Shown here piece after piece: positions 27,681 through 36,770 of a stretch of 64,000 nt of DNA. Position 1 is the stretch's first letter; each line of letters opens with the position of its first letter. The DNA is from an uncultured virus (IMG/VR IMGVR_UViG_3300025937_000005) (lineage: Duplodnaviria > Heunggongvirae > Uroviricota > Caudoviricetes). The position numbers and the translations under genes are program-made. The notes beneath the pieces are model-generated. The model was given only the letters and a program-made list of their open reading frames with translations. It searched no databases and was not told the DNA's origin. Location: IMG/VR virus record IMGVR_UViG_3300025937_000005; one strand, 5' to 3'.

Positions 27681-28169
27681 ATGTCAGCAATACTAGGCGC
27701 AAACACAAACTATCCCGCAGGCCAAATAACATTCATGCCGGAAGGCGAGGGAGAGCGACAATATGACGCAATCTCTGGTGATGTTATTGCCAAGGGAAAC
27801 CTTGTTTGGCTTGATGCGGAAAACGCAACAGCCGGATTAAGGGCATATAAACTTCCCGGAACAGCCGGAGCAGAAAGAGGTCCATACAAGGTAGTCACTT
27901 CAAACAAGGCAGCCGGAGTAGCCAAATTAACCGGTGTCGGCCGTGGTTTCGAAGTTTCAATGGTGGCAGGTGGAGCCATCCCTGGAGGATCAAGAGTCAA
28001 ACCATCAACAACCACAGCAGGCAGAGTAGACGCAATGGTGGCAGCAGACAACGCAGGATTGGCAGTCGGTGAATACGTAAGAAAGGCAAAATACGCAAAC
28101 TCAGGTGACGGTAACAACGCAGTGGGCGCAGCAGCCGCGGCAGACGTTATAGTTGTCAAATTGTATTAA
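27681..28169 (+). CDS. capsid cement/decoration protein
   Basis: A/G-rich 162 aa, IAKGNLV..AGGAIPGGSRV..GRV..AAAAADVIVVKL; between scaffold and MCP. Confidence 0.75.
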   Translation: MSAILGANTNYPAGQITFMPEGEGERQYDAISGDVIAKGNLVWLDAENATAGLRAYKLPGTAGAERGPYKVVTSNKAAGVAKLTGVGRGFEVSMVAGGAIPGGSRVKPSTTTAGRVDAMVAADNAGLAVGEYVRKAKYANSGDGNNAVGAAAAADVIVVKLY

Positions 28170-28196
28170 TGAGAAACAAAAGGATATAGAAGAAAA

Positions 28197-29399
28197 ATGG
28201 CATTAACATTAATCAAAAAACTAACACCATCATACTCCAAAACATTACCGGGATACCAAGAAGTCTCAGACCCAGTTTACTATGACCCAGCAACAAAAGT
28301 ATTCTCTGTTGGTGAATACGCAGAATTTGAGCCAATGTCCGACAACTGGTATTGGAACCTTTCTGAATGGGCACAAAGACAACTCGCAATCAAGTCAGCC
28401 GGTGTAGACACCGACCCAATCGGAACAGCCCTCACCGGTGTAAACCCTCAGTTATACGGAAAGGCACAGGAGGTTTTGGAAACAGTAGACGTAGCCCTAC
28501 GCAACAACAGCAAGGACTACTCCAAATACATCAAATCCGGTGCAATCCTAAAAAGAGAGGATTTCAGCGCATTTAAGACCATAGTGGCCCAGACAAAAAT
28601 CCTGGCCGTAAAACCAAGAAAACACATCCTCTTGGACCTCATCCAAATAGACAACGTGTCTGACTTCCAGACCAAACTCTATTCCTTTGACGGTCCTTGG
28701 GACATGGTGCAGGAAAACTTACCGGAGTTAAACGTTCCATTCATCACTGGCTATCCTTCATTCACACCACAGACAATCCCAATGGAAAGGTATGGTATGC
28801 ACTATGCCTTCTCAGAGGAATTCATAGCGGAACAGTTTGACTTTGACATCAAAAAGTTCGTGATTGACAATGTTGCCGGGCAACTTGAACTGGTGTTCAG
28901 CAAAAAGGTTGCGGATGTCTTAAACAACTCATCCACCTTTACCGCATATGGTGACTGGACCGCAAAAACATCAAACATATCCAACAGAAACCCAGCAGAG
29001 GATATCAACGCAGAAGCCACAAAAATAGACAACACACTCAAAAACGAAGGACTTGTCCTGGGAAGCAACAGAAAGGTATACAACGCCTACCTGAACAACT
29101 ACTTCTCATCTGGATACGGCACACCACAATACAAACAGCCTGGCTATTCCTTCGGTAACGCTGTTGTGACCAATATCCCACAGTTTGTTGGTCTTGATTG
29201 GGGTATCGATTCCTTCTTCAATGACAACAAGTTTGTGGCATTTGACCCGGCGGCAATCTATGCAGCCAGAATGCCCCAGAGGATAGTGGACTACAAATCC
29301 CAATACCAAACCCACATAGGAACAATAATCAGACAGAACTTTATCGTAAAGCCGATAGACACTACAAGATTATTGGGTGGGTCAGCAGTCACCGTATAA
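28197..29399 (+). CDS. major capsid protein (HK97 fold)
   Basis: 400 aa; E-loop-like VQENLPE..SFTPQTIPMERYGMHYAFSEE and spine helix; gene position; terminator follows. Confidence 0.8.
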   Translation: MALTLIKKLTPSYSKTLPGYQEVSDPVYYDPATKVFSVGEYAEFEPMSDNWYWNLSEWAQRQLAIKSAGVDTDPIGTALTGVNPQLYGKAQEVLETVDVALRNNSKDYSKYIKSGAILKREDFSAFKTIVAQTKILAVKPRKHILLDLIQIDNVSDFQTKLYSFDGPWDMVQENLPELNVPFITGYPSFTPQTIPMERYGMHYAFSEEFIAEQFDFDIKKFVIDNVAGQLELVFSKKVADVLNNSSTFTAYGDWTAKTSNISNRNPAEDINAEATKIDNTLKNEGLVLGSNRKVYNAYLNNYFSSGYGTPQYKQPGYSFGNAVVTNIPQFVGLDWGIDSFFNDNKFVAFDPAAIYAARMPQRIVDYKSQYQTHIGTIIRQNFIVKPIDTTRLLGGSAVTV

Positions 29400-29416
29400 C
29401 AACAGAAAATACGGAT

Positions 29417-29484
29417 TCCCCTTTTATCAGGGGACAAAACCTGCCTGAATTTCCGTCCCCTCATGAAATCAGGGGACATTTTTT
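29417..29484 (+). terminator. tandem duplicated hairpins followed by a T-tract
   Basis: TCCCCT-N6-AGGGGA (29417-34) and GTCCCCT-N9-AGGGGAC (29455-77), then ATTTTTT. Confidence 0.65.
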
Positions 29485-29546
29485 ATTATTAACTTTTATT
29501 CACAAAATTAATACTTTTTTTTAACCAGTAAAATTCAGCCTTATTA

Positions 29547-30269
29547 GTGTCTTATAAACAGAAACCAGTAAAGGACCAGCCACTTCCACTATCAGAGAGA
29601 ATCATGCTGTTGCAGGCCGCATATGACAAGGCCGGCCTAGAATATGTTAAAACATCACAGGACTACAAGGAAATGGAGTTTCTTGATGCAGTCGCAAGAA
29701 GACCTGACACTCACCAAAAGTTTATCACTTCCATTTATAGGCTAAAAACCCAGAAAAAGTTTGTTGTTGGCTCAGAGTCAGATGAGGCACTTGTATACCA
29801 TATACAGGAAACAGTGCAGAACCACTCTGATGAGTATATCGTTCTAGACCAACATAAGGGATTCTGGTGGAACATTGATACTAGACTTAACAAGAACGCA
29901 CAGGGCCAGACAGCCAAGGTTCAGGTTCTAGGTGAGTTCCCCGTTTTCCAAATCCCCTTCTCACCCCAAGCCGTTGATGATGTAATCAATGAGTCATTGT
30001 TGGAAGTCTCACAGTTTTATGTCGGAACAGCCTCACCTAGAGGCCCCAACATAACGACAGGAGACATCTACATCATAAAAAACAAGGATGACTTCAAGAA
30101 TGGAACATTCGACGAATTGATGGACATGGGCCGCTACAACTACTCAACAAACGAGCCTCGCCTCATCAAATGGAGGGAAGAGGGAGACCTAATCAAGAAG
30201 CAAAGCCAAACCATCACATCCATGACAGACAATGTTACAAGAAACAGGGGTGGTGGTAGGCACTCCTAA
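29547..30269 (+). CDS. hypothetical protein
   Basis: 240-aa ORF, GTG start after a T-rich promoter region. Confidence 0.75.
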   Translation: MSYKQKPVKDQPLPLSERIMLLQAAYDKAGLEYVKTSQDYKEMEFLDAVARRPDTHQKFITSIYRLKTQKKFVVGSESDEALVYHIQETVQNHSDEYIVLDQHKGFWWNIDTRLNKNAQGQTAKVQVLGEFPVFQIPFSPQAVDDVINESLLEVSQFYVGTASPRGPNITTGDIYIIKNKDDFKNGTFDELMDMGRYNYSTNEPRLIKWREEGDLIKKQSQTITSMTDNVTRNRGGGRHS

Positions 30270-30329
30270 TAATTATTTCGAAAATTCATAGTTTGTTATA
30301 ACCCTTGTTTGCCTATTAATTATATAAAA

Positions 30330-30866
30330 ATGACCACCTTTGACTTCATCAATGACCCCTTTACATTTTATACAGGTTTAATCATAACAGCCGCCACAAT
30401 CGCCGGTATCTTTTACAAGGGTCTCAGATGGTTAAGGGATGAAGTCAAGAAGGAAAACTTTAGGATTAGGGAAGAGGTGAAGGAGGAAAACGCCGAGATA
30501 AAAAAGGAGACGATAGAGCGTGTGGAGCAGAACAAGGTGGAGGTTAGAACGGTTGCCGAGGGTATCACGAAAGAACTGACATTCACAAAGGAAATCATAG
30601 CAACCAAGTTGGACACAATCGGAGAGGTTGCCAAGGAAAACAAGGTTTCCCTCGAAAACTATGCCAAGGATATTGGCAAGACCGTCACCCGAACCCATGA
30701 CAAGGTAAATGAGCATGAGTCCCGCCTCTCAGTCATTGAAACACAACTAAGAAACATTTTTTCATCAAAGCAGCCCGACAACAACTATTATGCCAAATCT
30801 AATTCTGTTTCCCGACAGCAACAACAGCAAAGAAAAGACTATGATAATAGTGATAATAACGTCTGA
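30330..30866 (+). CDS. single-TM coiled-coil protein (holin-like architecture)
   Basis: N-terminal TM, coiled coil ending HESRLSVIE. Confidence 0.6.
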   Translation: MTTFDFINDPFTFYTGLIITAATIAGIFYKGLRWLRDEVKKENFRIREEVKEENAEIKKETIERVEQNKVEVRTVAEGITKELTFTKEIIATKLDTIGEVAKENKVSLENYAKDIGKTVTRTHDKVNEHESRLSVIETQLRNIFSSKQPDNNYYAKSNSVSRQQQQQRKDYDNSDNNV

Positions 30867-30889
30867 TACAATACTTAAATAGCGTATAC

Positions 30890-31195
30890 ATGAATCCAAC
30901 AAATCCCAACAAGATAACAGCAATTATAATGATTGCGTTAGGGTTTGCATTGTTATTTATAATCGGGGCCACATATCAATCCTACCAAAACGGGTTGACA
31001 GGCTCTAAAACCCTAGAGATAGCGGGGCATAATATCAAGGCAACCGAAGATGCAATTATTTATTTAAAATCCGTTGCATTAAGAAACAACATAACAACCC
31101 AGAACCAAGTAATATTGAGTGGAATCCTAAACCAGTTAGATGAACTCAACAACAAGACAGATGTGTTGTTGAAGGATATATTGGGGAAAAAATAA
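30890..31195 (+). CDS. single-TM membrane protein
   Basis: ITAIIMIALGFALLFIIGA. Confidence 0.7.
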   Translation: MNPTNPNKITAIIMIALGFALLFIIGATYQSYQNGLTGSKTLEIAGHNIKATEDAIIYLKSVALRNNITTQNQVILSGILNQLDELNNKTDVLLKDILGKK

Positions 31196-31221
31196 ATCCT
31201 TTTAACCTTTTTGTTTCTAGC

Positions 31222-31671
31222 ATGTTTATGCTAGAAACATTTTTACAGATAGTAGCAGCAACAAACTCAACTCCGGTTGTGGTTCCAGTTGTTGACACGG
31301 CAACAGTTCCAGACCTGATATCACAGATAGTAAGCCAGTTTGGAACGATAATGGTGATACTTTCCGCACTGTTGGCCTCGCCTGGTGCAATCGCCTTCTT
31401 TAACCTGATAAGGAGAAACAAGGAAAGGCAGGCCGGCCAGGAACTGACGGGAATATATGGCCAAAAACTGCAAAGCATGGAACAGCAGATAAAGGTGCTG
31501 GCACAGTTCATGTACAACATCACCCCACAGGAACAGCGTGACAAGATGGACCAGGTTGGCAAGCCCATACTGGAAAACCTTGATGAGAAAATTGACGCCT
31601 TCCAAAAGGAACTTGACAGGCTAAAATCACAACTGCCAACCACCACCAAGGCGGCCTTAACCAAGGTGTAA
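31222..31671 (+). CDS. membrane protein with coiled coil
   Basis: FGTIMVILSALLASPGAIAFF then a helical tail. Confidence 0.7.
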   Translation: MFMLETFLQIVAATNSTPVVVPVVDTATVPDLISQIVSQFGTIMVILSALLASPGAIAFFNLIRRNKERQAGQELTGIYGQKLQSMEQQIKVLAQFMYNITPQEQRDKMDQVGKPILENLDEKIDAFQKELDRLKSQLPTTTKAALTKV

Positions 31672-31672
31672 C

Positions 31673-32041
31673 ATGACAACAACATTGTTGTATGTCCAGG
31701 TTCTGCGAAACATTTCAAAGGGTTTCTGGGAGATAGACCTTGACAAGAAAATGGCCCTGTTCAGGGATAACGACCATAAACTGGAGCCGAAGGAGCAGAT
31801 TCATGACTGGCACGCAAAATACACGACAATTATGGACTTTCTCAAGGAAAACTTCAAGATGAAACATGTAAAGGAGGTTATACCGGACACAAAATATGTC
31901 TACTCCAATGACATACTGTGCTCCTGGTATACAGACGGTGTTGTGTCCCATGACCCCAACCGAAAACTGCACTGCAACAGGGAGGCCATAGTATACAGAA
32001 ACGGTCTACCGTTCTGCTCAGAACACTCATTTATTTCCTAA
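31673..32041 (+). CDS. hypothetical protein with C-terminal Zn motif
   Basis: C..C.REA..FCSEH. Confidence 0.65.
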   Translation: MTTTLLYVQVLRNISKGFWEIDLDKKMALFRDNDHKLEPKEQIHDWHAKYTTIMDFLKENFKMKHVKEVIPDTKYVYSNDILCSWYTDGVVSHDPNRKLHCNREAIVYRNGLPFCSEHSFIS

Positions 32042-32095
32042 TCACCTAAATTTTTTAATACTTATTATCTTTATTGTAACAGCAGATAACATCAT

Positions 32096-32617
32096 ATGTC
32101 TCAAGACAACAGCAACAACACTGAAAATAACAATAACAACAGTAACAATAATGATGACAGTACGTTGGCAAAAGATAGTCAGGGCAACGTGAACATCTCT
32201 CGTGGCATCATTGGCCTGGTCTCAAACCCAAACCCACAACCAACAGTCACAGAAGGCACCATAGCAGACAAGGTAAACCCGCCATCACGATTCCTTGGTG
32301 ATGACGGAAAGGTGAAACCCGTCACAGCCGAGGATTTGGACAACAGGATAAAACTTGAAAGGGCCAGGGCCGGATTTGACAGGGAAACCCAGGAGCAGAT
32401 AGCGATAAAGGCAAGAACAGAGGCACAGGGATTCAAATACACGCCACCAGAACAGTTCAAGGACAACCCAGCATTGGCCGCCACCCCGGACAACCTACAG
32501 GAGGGAGAACCAGCAGTCAACGCAAACCAGGGCGAACAGGTCATAAACGTGGAAGGAAACAACAGCAACAATCCCGGCCAAAACAACAGCAACAACACAG
32601 AAGAGATAAAGGGATAG
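32096..32617 (+). CDS. Asn-rich hypothetical protein
   Basis: 173-aa ORF. Confidence 0.7.
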   Translation: MSQDNSNNTENNNNNSNNNDDSTLAKDSQGNVNISRGIIGLVSNPNPQPTVTEGTIADKVNPPSRFLGDDGKVKPVTAEDLDNRIKLERARAGFDRETQEQIAIKARTEAQGFKYTPPEQFKDNPALAATPDNLQEGEPAVNANQGEQVINVEGNNSNNPGQNNSNNTEEIKG

Positions 32618-32655
32618 ATAACCAACATACTTATTATTTCATTTTTAGGCATAGT

Positions 32656-33216
32656 GTGTATAAGATGACAGAACTCAGAGAAGGTCTAATTCTTACAGTA
32701 GACCAGGCAAAAAACGGCTCCTTCACCTTTAAGGGAAAGGAAGTAAAACTAGAGCAGGACAAGAACAATCCATTGGTGTTCACCGGCCAGACCAAACTGA
32801 CAAAAGATGAGGTAAAGGCAGGCAACCTCAACACCGCTTTCACATACAACGCAGGCATAGCCACAGGTGTAGTAAACTCCTACCTCGTTATTCCAGACAC
32901 AGAGGAATTCAAGAACCTGAATGACGCAGAGAAAATAACCAAACTAAACTCAATAGAATACCAGTTCGGGACAGAACCAACTGATGACGGAAAGCAGTTG
33001 GACCACGTCCTACAAAACAGTGTAGACACAACCCCAGCCCAGGACAAGCAACAACAGCAACAAACTATAAAGTTAAAAAAAGAAAAGGAAAAAGAGGCGG
33101 CAGAATCTGAAGAAACAAAAACAGCAACAGCAGCAGCCGGAACAACAACATCACTTCACACACAAAACAAGGACAACCTAAAATCAGGCGATAAAATACA
33201 GGTAAACAAACAATAA
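32656..33216 (+). CDS. hypothetical protein
   Basis: 186-aa ORF followed by an oligo-T tract. Confidence 0.7.
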   Translation: MYKMTELREGLILTVDQAKNGSFTFKGKEVKLEQDKNNPLVFTGQTKLTKDEVKAGNLNTAFTYNAGIATGVVNSYLVIPDTEEFKNLNDAEKITKLNSIEYQFGTEPTDDGKQLDHVLQNSVDTTPAQDKQQQQQTIKLKKEKEKEAAESEETKTATAAAGTTTSLHTQNKDNLKSGDKIQVNKQ

Positions 33217-33251
33217 CCTGTTTCTTTATTTTTATCTTTTTTATTTTATCC

Positions 33252-33283
33252 TTAGTAAAATGATTTTACTAAGCAGTGTATTT
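33252..33283. repeat. 32-bp palindrome-containing element, copy 2
   Basis: TTAGTAAAAT-G-ATTTTACTAA-GCAGTGTATTT between convergent genes. Confidence 0.75.
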
Positions 33284-33778
33284 TCAAGATTCTACAATAT
33301 CCATAATATACACAACCTCAACTGTGGCCTTTACCCTTGTTATGTTGGAGGCCTCAACATCATTGTCCAACCTTGACCCCCTAAACGTCACCTCATAAAT
33401 CCCCTTCACCATCTTTCCCTGCCATATGATGAACAACTCCTCCAGCCACTTCTTGATTGCGATTGCGCGGGGGTCCCTACCTGTGTTAATCTCATTGTTC
33501 AAAACATAGATGTCCACTATCACATTCTCCTGGTATCTCCACCTGTGGCCGTCAATGTCCATCCTGCTTGCGTCCTCAAAAAAGGTGTAGGCCCTCAACG
33601 TTATGGGTTTCCCGGCCTGCAATATCTGCGTACCAAACACGCCAAACTCAACATCAGTGACGGGGACGGTGGTTTTGGCCTGGCTCCAGTTGTCCTCTAT
33701 GAATTCCTCCATCATCTGTGTTATCTCTTTTGTCCGTGTCTGGTCGTCACCATATGGTGACTGAACTGTTATTGTCAT
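33284..33778 (-). CDS. putative tail terminator/completion protein
   Basis: 164 aa; N-terminal helix ending DNW, then beta strands VIVDIYV and RVKATVEVVY; next to the tail tube gene. Confidence 0.55.
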   Translation of the reverse strand: MTITVQSPYGDDQTRTKEITQMMEEFIEDNWSQAKTTVPVTDVEFGVFGTQILQAGKPITLRAYTFFEDASRMDIDGHRWRYQENVIVDIYVLNNEINTGRDPRAIAIKKWLEELFIIWQGKMVKGIYEVTFRGSRLDNDVEASNITRVKATVEVVYIMDIVES

Positions 33779-33784
33779 TTTATA

Positions 33785-34183
33785 TCAATAACTCGACATG
33801 AATGGCCTGTAGTCAGGGTTCAACTGGTAGATGGAGTATTCACTCTCGGCAACAACAATGTCCGGGTCTGTTTTTGACTCCGGCAAATGTATCTTGTGGA
33901 ACTCCTCTATCTCAAACATGTAGGCTTTCCACATCTCTTTTGCCTTTTCCAGATACATTTTTGGGTCCCATCCCATCAAAATAGTCCAGGCTGCAAATGT
34001 GGCCCCCACTATCTGCAACTGCCCATAAGCGTTGTCAGACGGGCTCCATTCATCAATCTCCCTGTTGGTCAGGGCCACTATTTTCCTGTCCCCCGCTATA
34101 ATGGCGTTTGCCAAATCCGTTGGGTTTATCGCCTGCTTCACCAATCGCTTAATGTCATTCTCATCTGTAAGAGTCATGTCCAT
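33785..34183 (-). CDS. putative head-tail adaptor
   Basis: T..NDIKRL..DLANAI..GDRKI..LT helical pattern of gp6/gp15-type connectors. Confidence 0.55.
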   Translation of the reverse strand: MDMTLTDENDIKRLVKQAINPTDLANAIIAGDRKIVALTNREIDEWSPSDNAYGQLQIVGATFAAWTILMGWDPKMYLEKAKEMWKAYMFEIEEFHKIHLPESKTDPDIVVAESEYSIYQLNPDYRPFMSSY

Positions 34184-34230
34184 AATAGTTCCTTTCTGAT
34201 TTTTTAAGAGTATTATATTCATTATCAAAC

Positions 34231-35160
34231 ATGGCAATACCAACATCATCCAGTAAAGTTACAAAGCAGGTTCAGTATTATGCTGAAACCAACGGTTTTG
34301 GTGCACAAGTCACCAATCCAACTTTTGTTAATGCAGGTGTAATTTCATCAGCATCAATATCCATCTCGGTTGACCACGAGGAAATCAGGATTCAAGGGAG
34401 TCGAAAACAGTATGCAGACATCATGATGGGGATAGAGGGTGTCATAACACTTGAGTACCAGTTTTTGGACACCAAACTATTGAGGTATGCAATCACAGAC
34501 CCCAACGGCGCCGGAACAATAGAGGAAAGCCTTGGATTCATCTTCACAAGAAAGATAGATGGTATTGAGGAGTTCTGTCTTGCTAGGGGCTGCATCTCAG
34601 AGGAGGCAACCATAACATTTGACAGGGTTCCAATGGTTTCCCAGCAGTTTTACACATCTTCTGTGTCCGAGTGGCTAACTCTGGCCCAACTAAAGACAGC
34701 ATTGGGTATAGTGGGAACAGCATCAGTGAATTTTGCCAGTGCAATCACAGCCGAACCCTGGACCCATTTGACCGGCTCAACAGACCAAAACTCCACCTCT
34801 GTCACGGTAAACGGCTCAGCCTGTGACATCACAAAAATGACAGTGACGGTAAACAACAACCTCTTGAAGGAAAAACCATTGGGTTATAAAACGGTAAAGT
34901 TTGTTGAGGCCGGAAACAAGGTTGTAACAGTTTCAGTGGAACCCTACCTATATGACAACACCTTCTTTTTACTGGTAAACAACTTTACTTTGTTTAACAT
35001 TGTCGGATGCTTGAAGGCCGCCACCCCCACCGTCAACCTAACAGTAACGGGAATCCACCTCACCTCCTACGATGACAAGTCTGATGCATCCGGCGGTGAC
35101 TTTATAACGGTCCCCAGCAATGGTACAGCAATCGATTGCAGTGTGACCGCATTCCCATAA
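34231..35160 (+). CDS. major tail tube protein
   Basis: 309 aa, beta-rich, YYAETNGFG start, ITKMTVTVNNNL; upstream of chaperones and tape measure. Confidence 0.8.
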   Translation: MAIPTSSSKVTKQVQYYAETNGFGAQVTNPTFVNAGVISSASISISVDHEEIRIQGSRKQYADIMMGIEGVITLEYQFLDTKLLRYAITDPNGAGTIEESLGFIFTRKIDGIEEFCLARGCISEEATITFDRVPMVSQQFYTSSVSEWLTLAQLKTALGIVGTASVNFASAITAEPWTHLTGSTDQNSTSVTVNGSACDITKMTVTVNNNLLKEKPLGYKTVKFVEAGNKVVTVSVEPYLYDNTFFLLVNNFTLFNIVGCLKAATPTVNLTVTGIHLTSYDDKSDASGGDFITVPSNGTAIDCSVTAFP

Positions 35161-35227
35161 TACATTATTTTTTTAAAAATAATTTCTGACACCTTTTTAT
35201 ATCTAAATATTTAAATCCTTATTATTA

Positions 35228-35977
35228 TTGTCAGATAAAACCTCACCACAACCTAATAAAAAAAAAGAAGGTAATGTTATCAAGTTTACCGATGAGGAAT
35301 TTGAGTTATACAACAAGACCAACAAGGAATTGAATATCGACCAGGAGAACTACACAGACCTGAAAAATATACCACCAACACCAAAGGGACCATCAGACAA
35401 GGAGTTGGATAAAATCATAAAGGACAGCCAAACAAAGACAACCCTTGTTGAACCAGGCAAAACCCCCTCATTGATGAACACATTGGGGCCAAACGACAGA
35501 CTGGGCAAGGTTACTGATGAGGACGTGAAAAACATCAAGGACAGAAACGAGGCCGACCGCAAGAACCTCATAATTCTGTTGGCCAACAAGGAAGCAATAA
35601 CACTTGACATCAAGATAGGTATGAAGGAAGGAAAATCCGTCTATGTCCAGAAAAAGTTCTACTTCAACTCCATCGACAAGAAGGAGGAGTTTGAACTGGG
35701 AATGAAAAAAGCCCGACTTGCACAAATCCCACAGAGATACACAAGGTTGGCATCAAAAGACCTGGCCACACTGAATGATGAGGAGCAGGAGTTTTTGGAA
35801 CTGGCCCATATGCTTTTGGAGGTTGCGTCGTACCAGTTTTCCGAGTTTGAGGCCAAACTCAGGCTGGGGATGTCCGCTGAGGATTTTGCCCGTGTTGATG
35901 TCGTTCAATACGGCCTGGCATTGCAGGTGCTGGGATGGAGGACACTCAACCCTTCTTTCTCCAATCAAGAGCCGTAG
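35228..35977 (+). CDS. tail assembly chaperone (G-like)
   Basis: Position between tube and tape measure; overlapping -1 frame ORF. Confidence 0.6.
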   Translation: MSDKTSPQPNKKKEGNVIKFTDEEFELYNKTNKELNIDQENYTDLKNIPPTPKGPSDKELDKIIKDSQTKTTLVEPGKTPSLMNTLGPNDRLGKVTDEDVKNIKDRNEADRKNLIILLANKEAITLDIKIGMKEGKSVYVQKKFYFNSIDKKEEFELGMKKARLAQIPQRYTRLASKDLATLNDEEQEFLELAHMLLEVASYQFSEFEAKLRLGMSAEDFARVDVVQYGLALQVLGWRTLNPSFSNQEP

Positions 35978-36348
35978 TGTCATGGCTACAGGGACGGCCC
36001 TGGGAACAACTACTTCCATCCGACTTCCTGACTATTGTGCCCATCAAACACTTTAACGACCTTGATAAATCCCTTAAATCACCAATGGAGGATTATCCCT
36101 ACATATACCAGAAGACATCTGAAATCATATCGATGTGGGTTGACTGCCAGAACCACGGATACAAGCCGTCTGACTTTAGGGAAGGGAACCGCATACTGTC
36201 AGAGGATTTGAGGGCATTTCAGATGCTTGACATAATGCACGCCGACGCACAGAAAAGAAAGGAGGCTGTTGCGCTGGGTGAACAGAAGAATAGAGAATAT
36301 ATTGAGAAGGAGCAGGCAAAGTTCAGGTCATCTCGTGGCAGGCGATAA
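35935..36348 (+). CDS. tail assembly chaperone extension (T-like, -1 frame)
   Basis: -1 frame open from 35899; GYKPSDF motif; basic end. Confidence 0.6.
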   Translation: MEDTQPFFLQSRAVVSWLQGRPWEQLLPSDFLTIVPIKHFNDLDKSLKSPMEDYPYIYQKTSEIISMWVDCQNHGYKPSDFREGNRILSEDLRAFQMLDIMHADAQKRKEAVALGEQKNREYIEKEQAKFRSSRGRR

Positions 36349-36387
36349 AAACCTTTTTTTATTTTTTGTTGTTAGTTAAATCATATA

Positions 36388-36723
36388 ATGTCAGCGTCAG
36401 CAAACTCAGGACAGAATTGGGAGTCCGCCATAATGGGACAGTTTAACGCAAGGTTTTCACCAGCCAAGACAAGGGCAGCAATGCAGGATGCCCTTAACTA
36501 CGGCTTTTCAGTAATGCAGTCATCAACGCCAGTCCGCACCGGAAACCTGAAAAGTTCGGAGGGTCAGTCCGTAACATCCGACACAGAAGGGGAAATGCAT
36601 GTTGGTGCTGACTATGGACCACATGTAAACTATGGGACTGTGCATATGCCCCCCAATCCGTTTTGGGATAGGGGTGTTGCGGCCGCCGAACAGCGATTAA
36701 GGCAAAACTGTTCCAAACTATAA
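36388..36723 (+). CDS. HK97 gp10-like neck/tail morphogenesis protein
   Basis: TPVRTGNLKSS and YGPHVNYGTVHMPPNPF. Confidence 0.9.
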   Translation: MSASANSGQNWESAIMGQFNARFSPAKTRAAMQDALNYGFSVMQSSTPVRTGNLKSSEGQSVTSDTEGEMHVGADYGPHVNYGTVHMPPNPFWDRGVAAAEQRLRQNCSKL

Positions 36724-36770
36724 TAGTTAGTTAATACAAAATTTTGGTTTTAATATATCGTATATAACAT

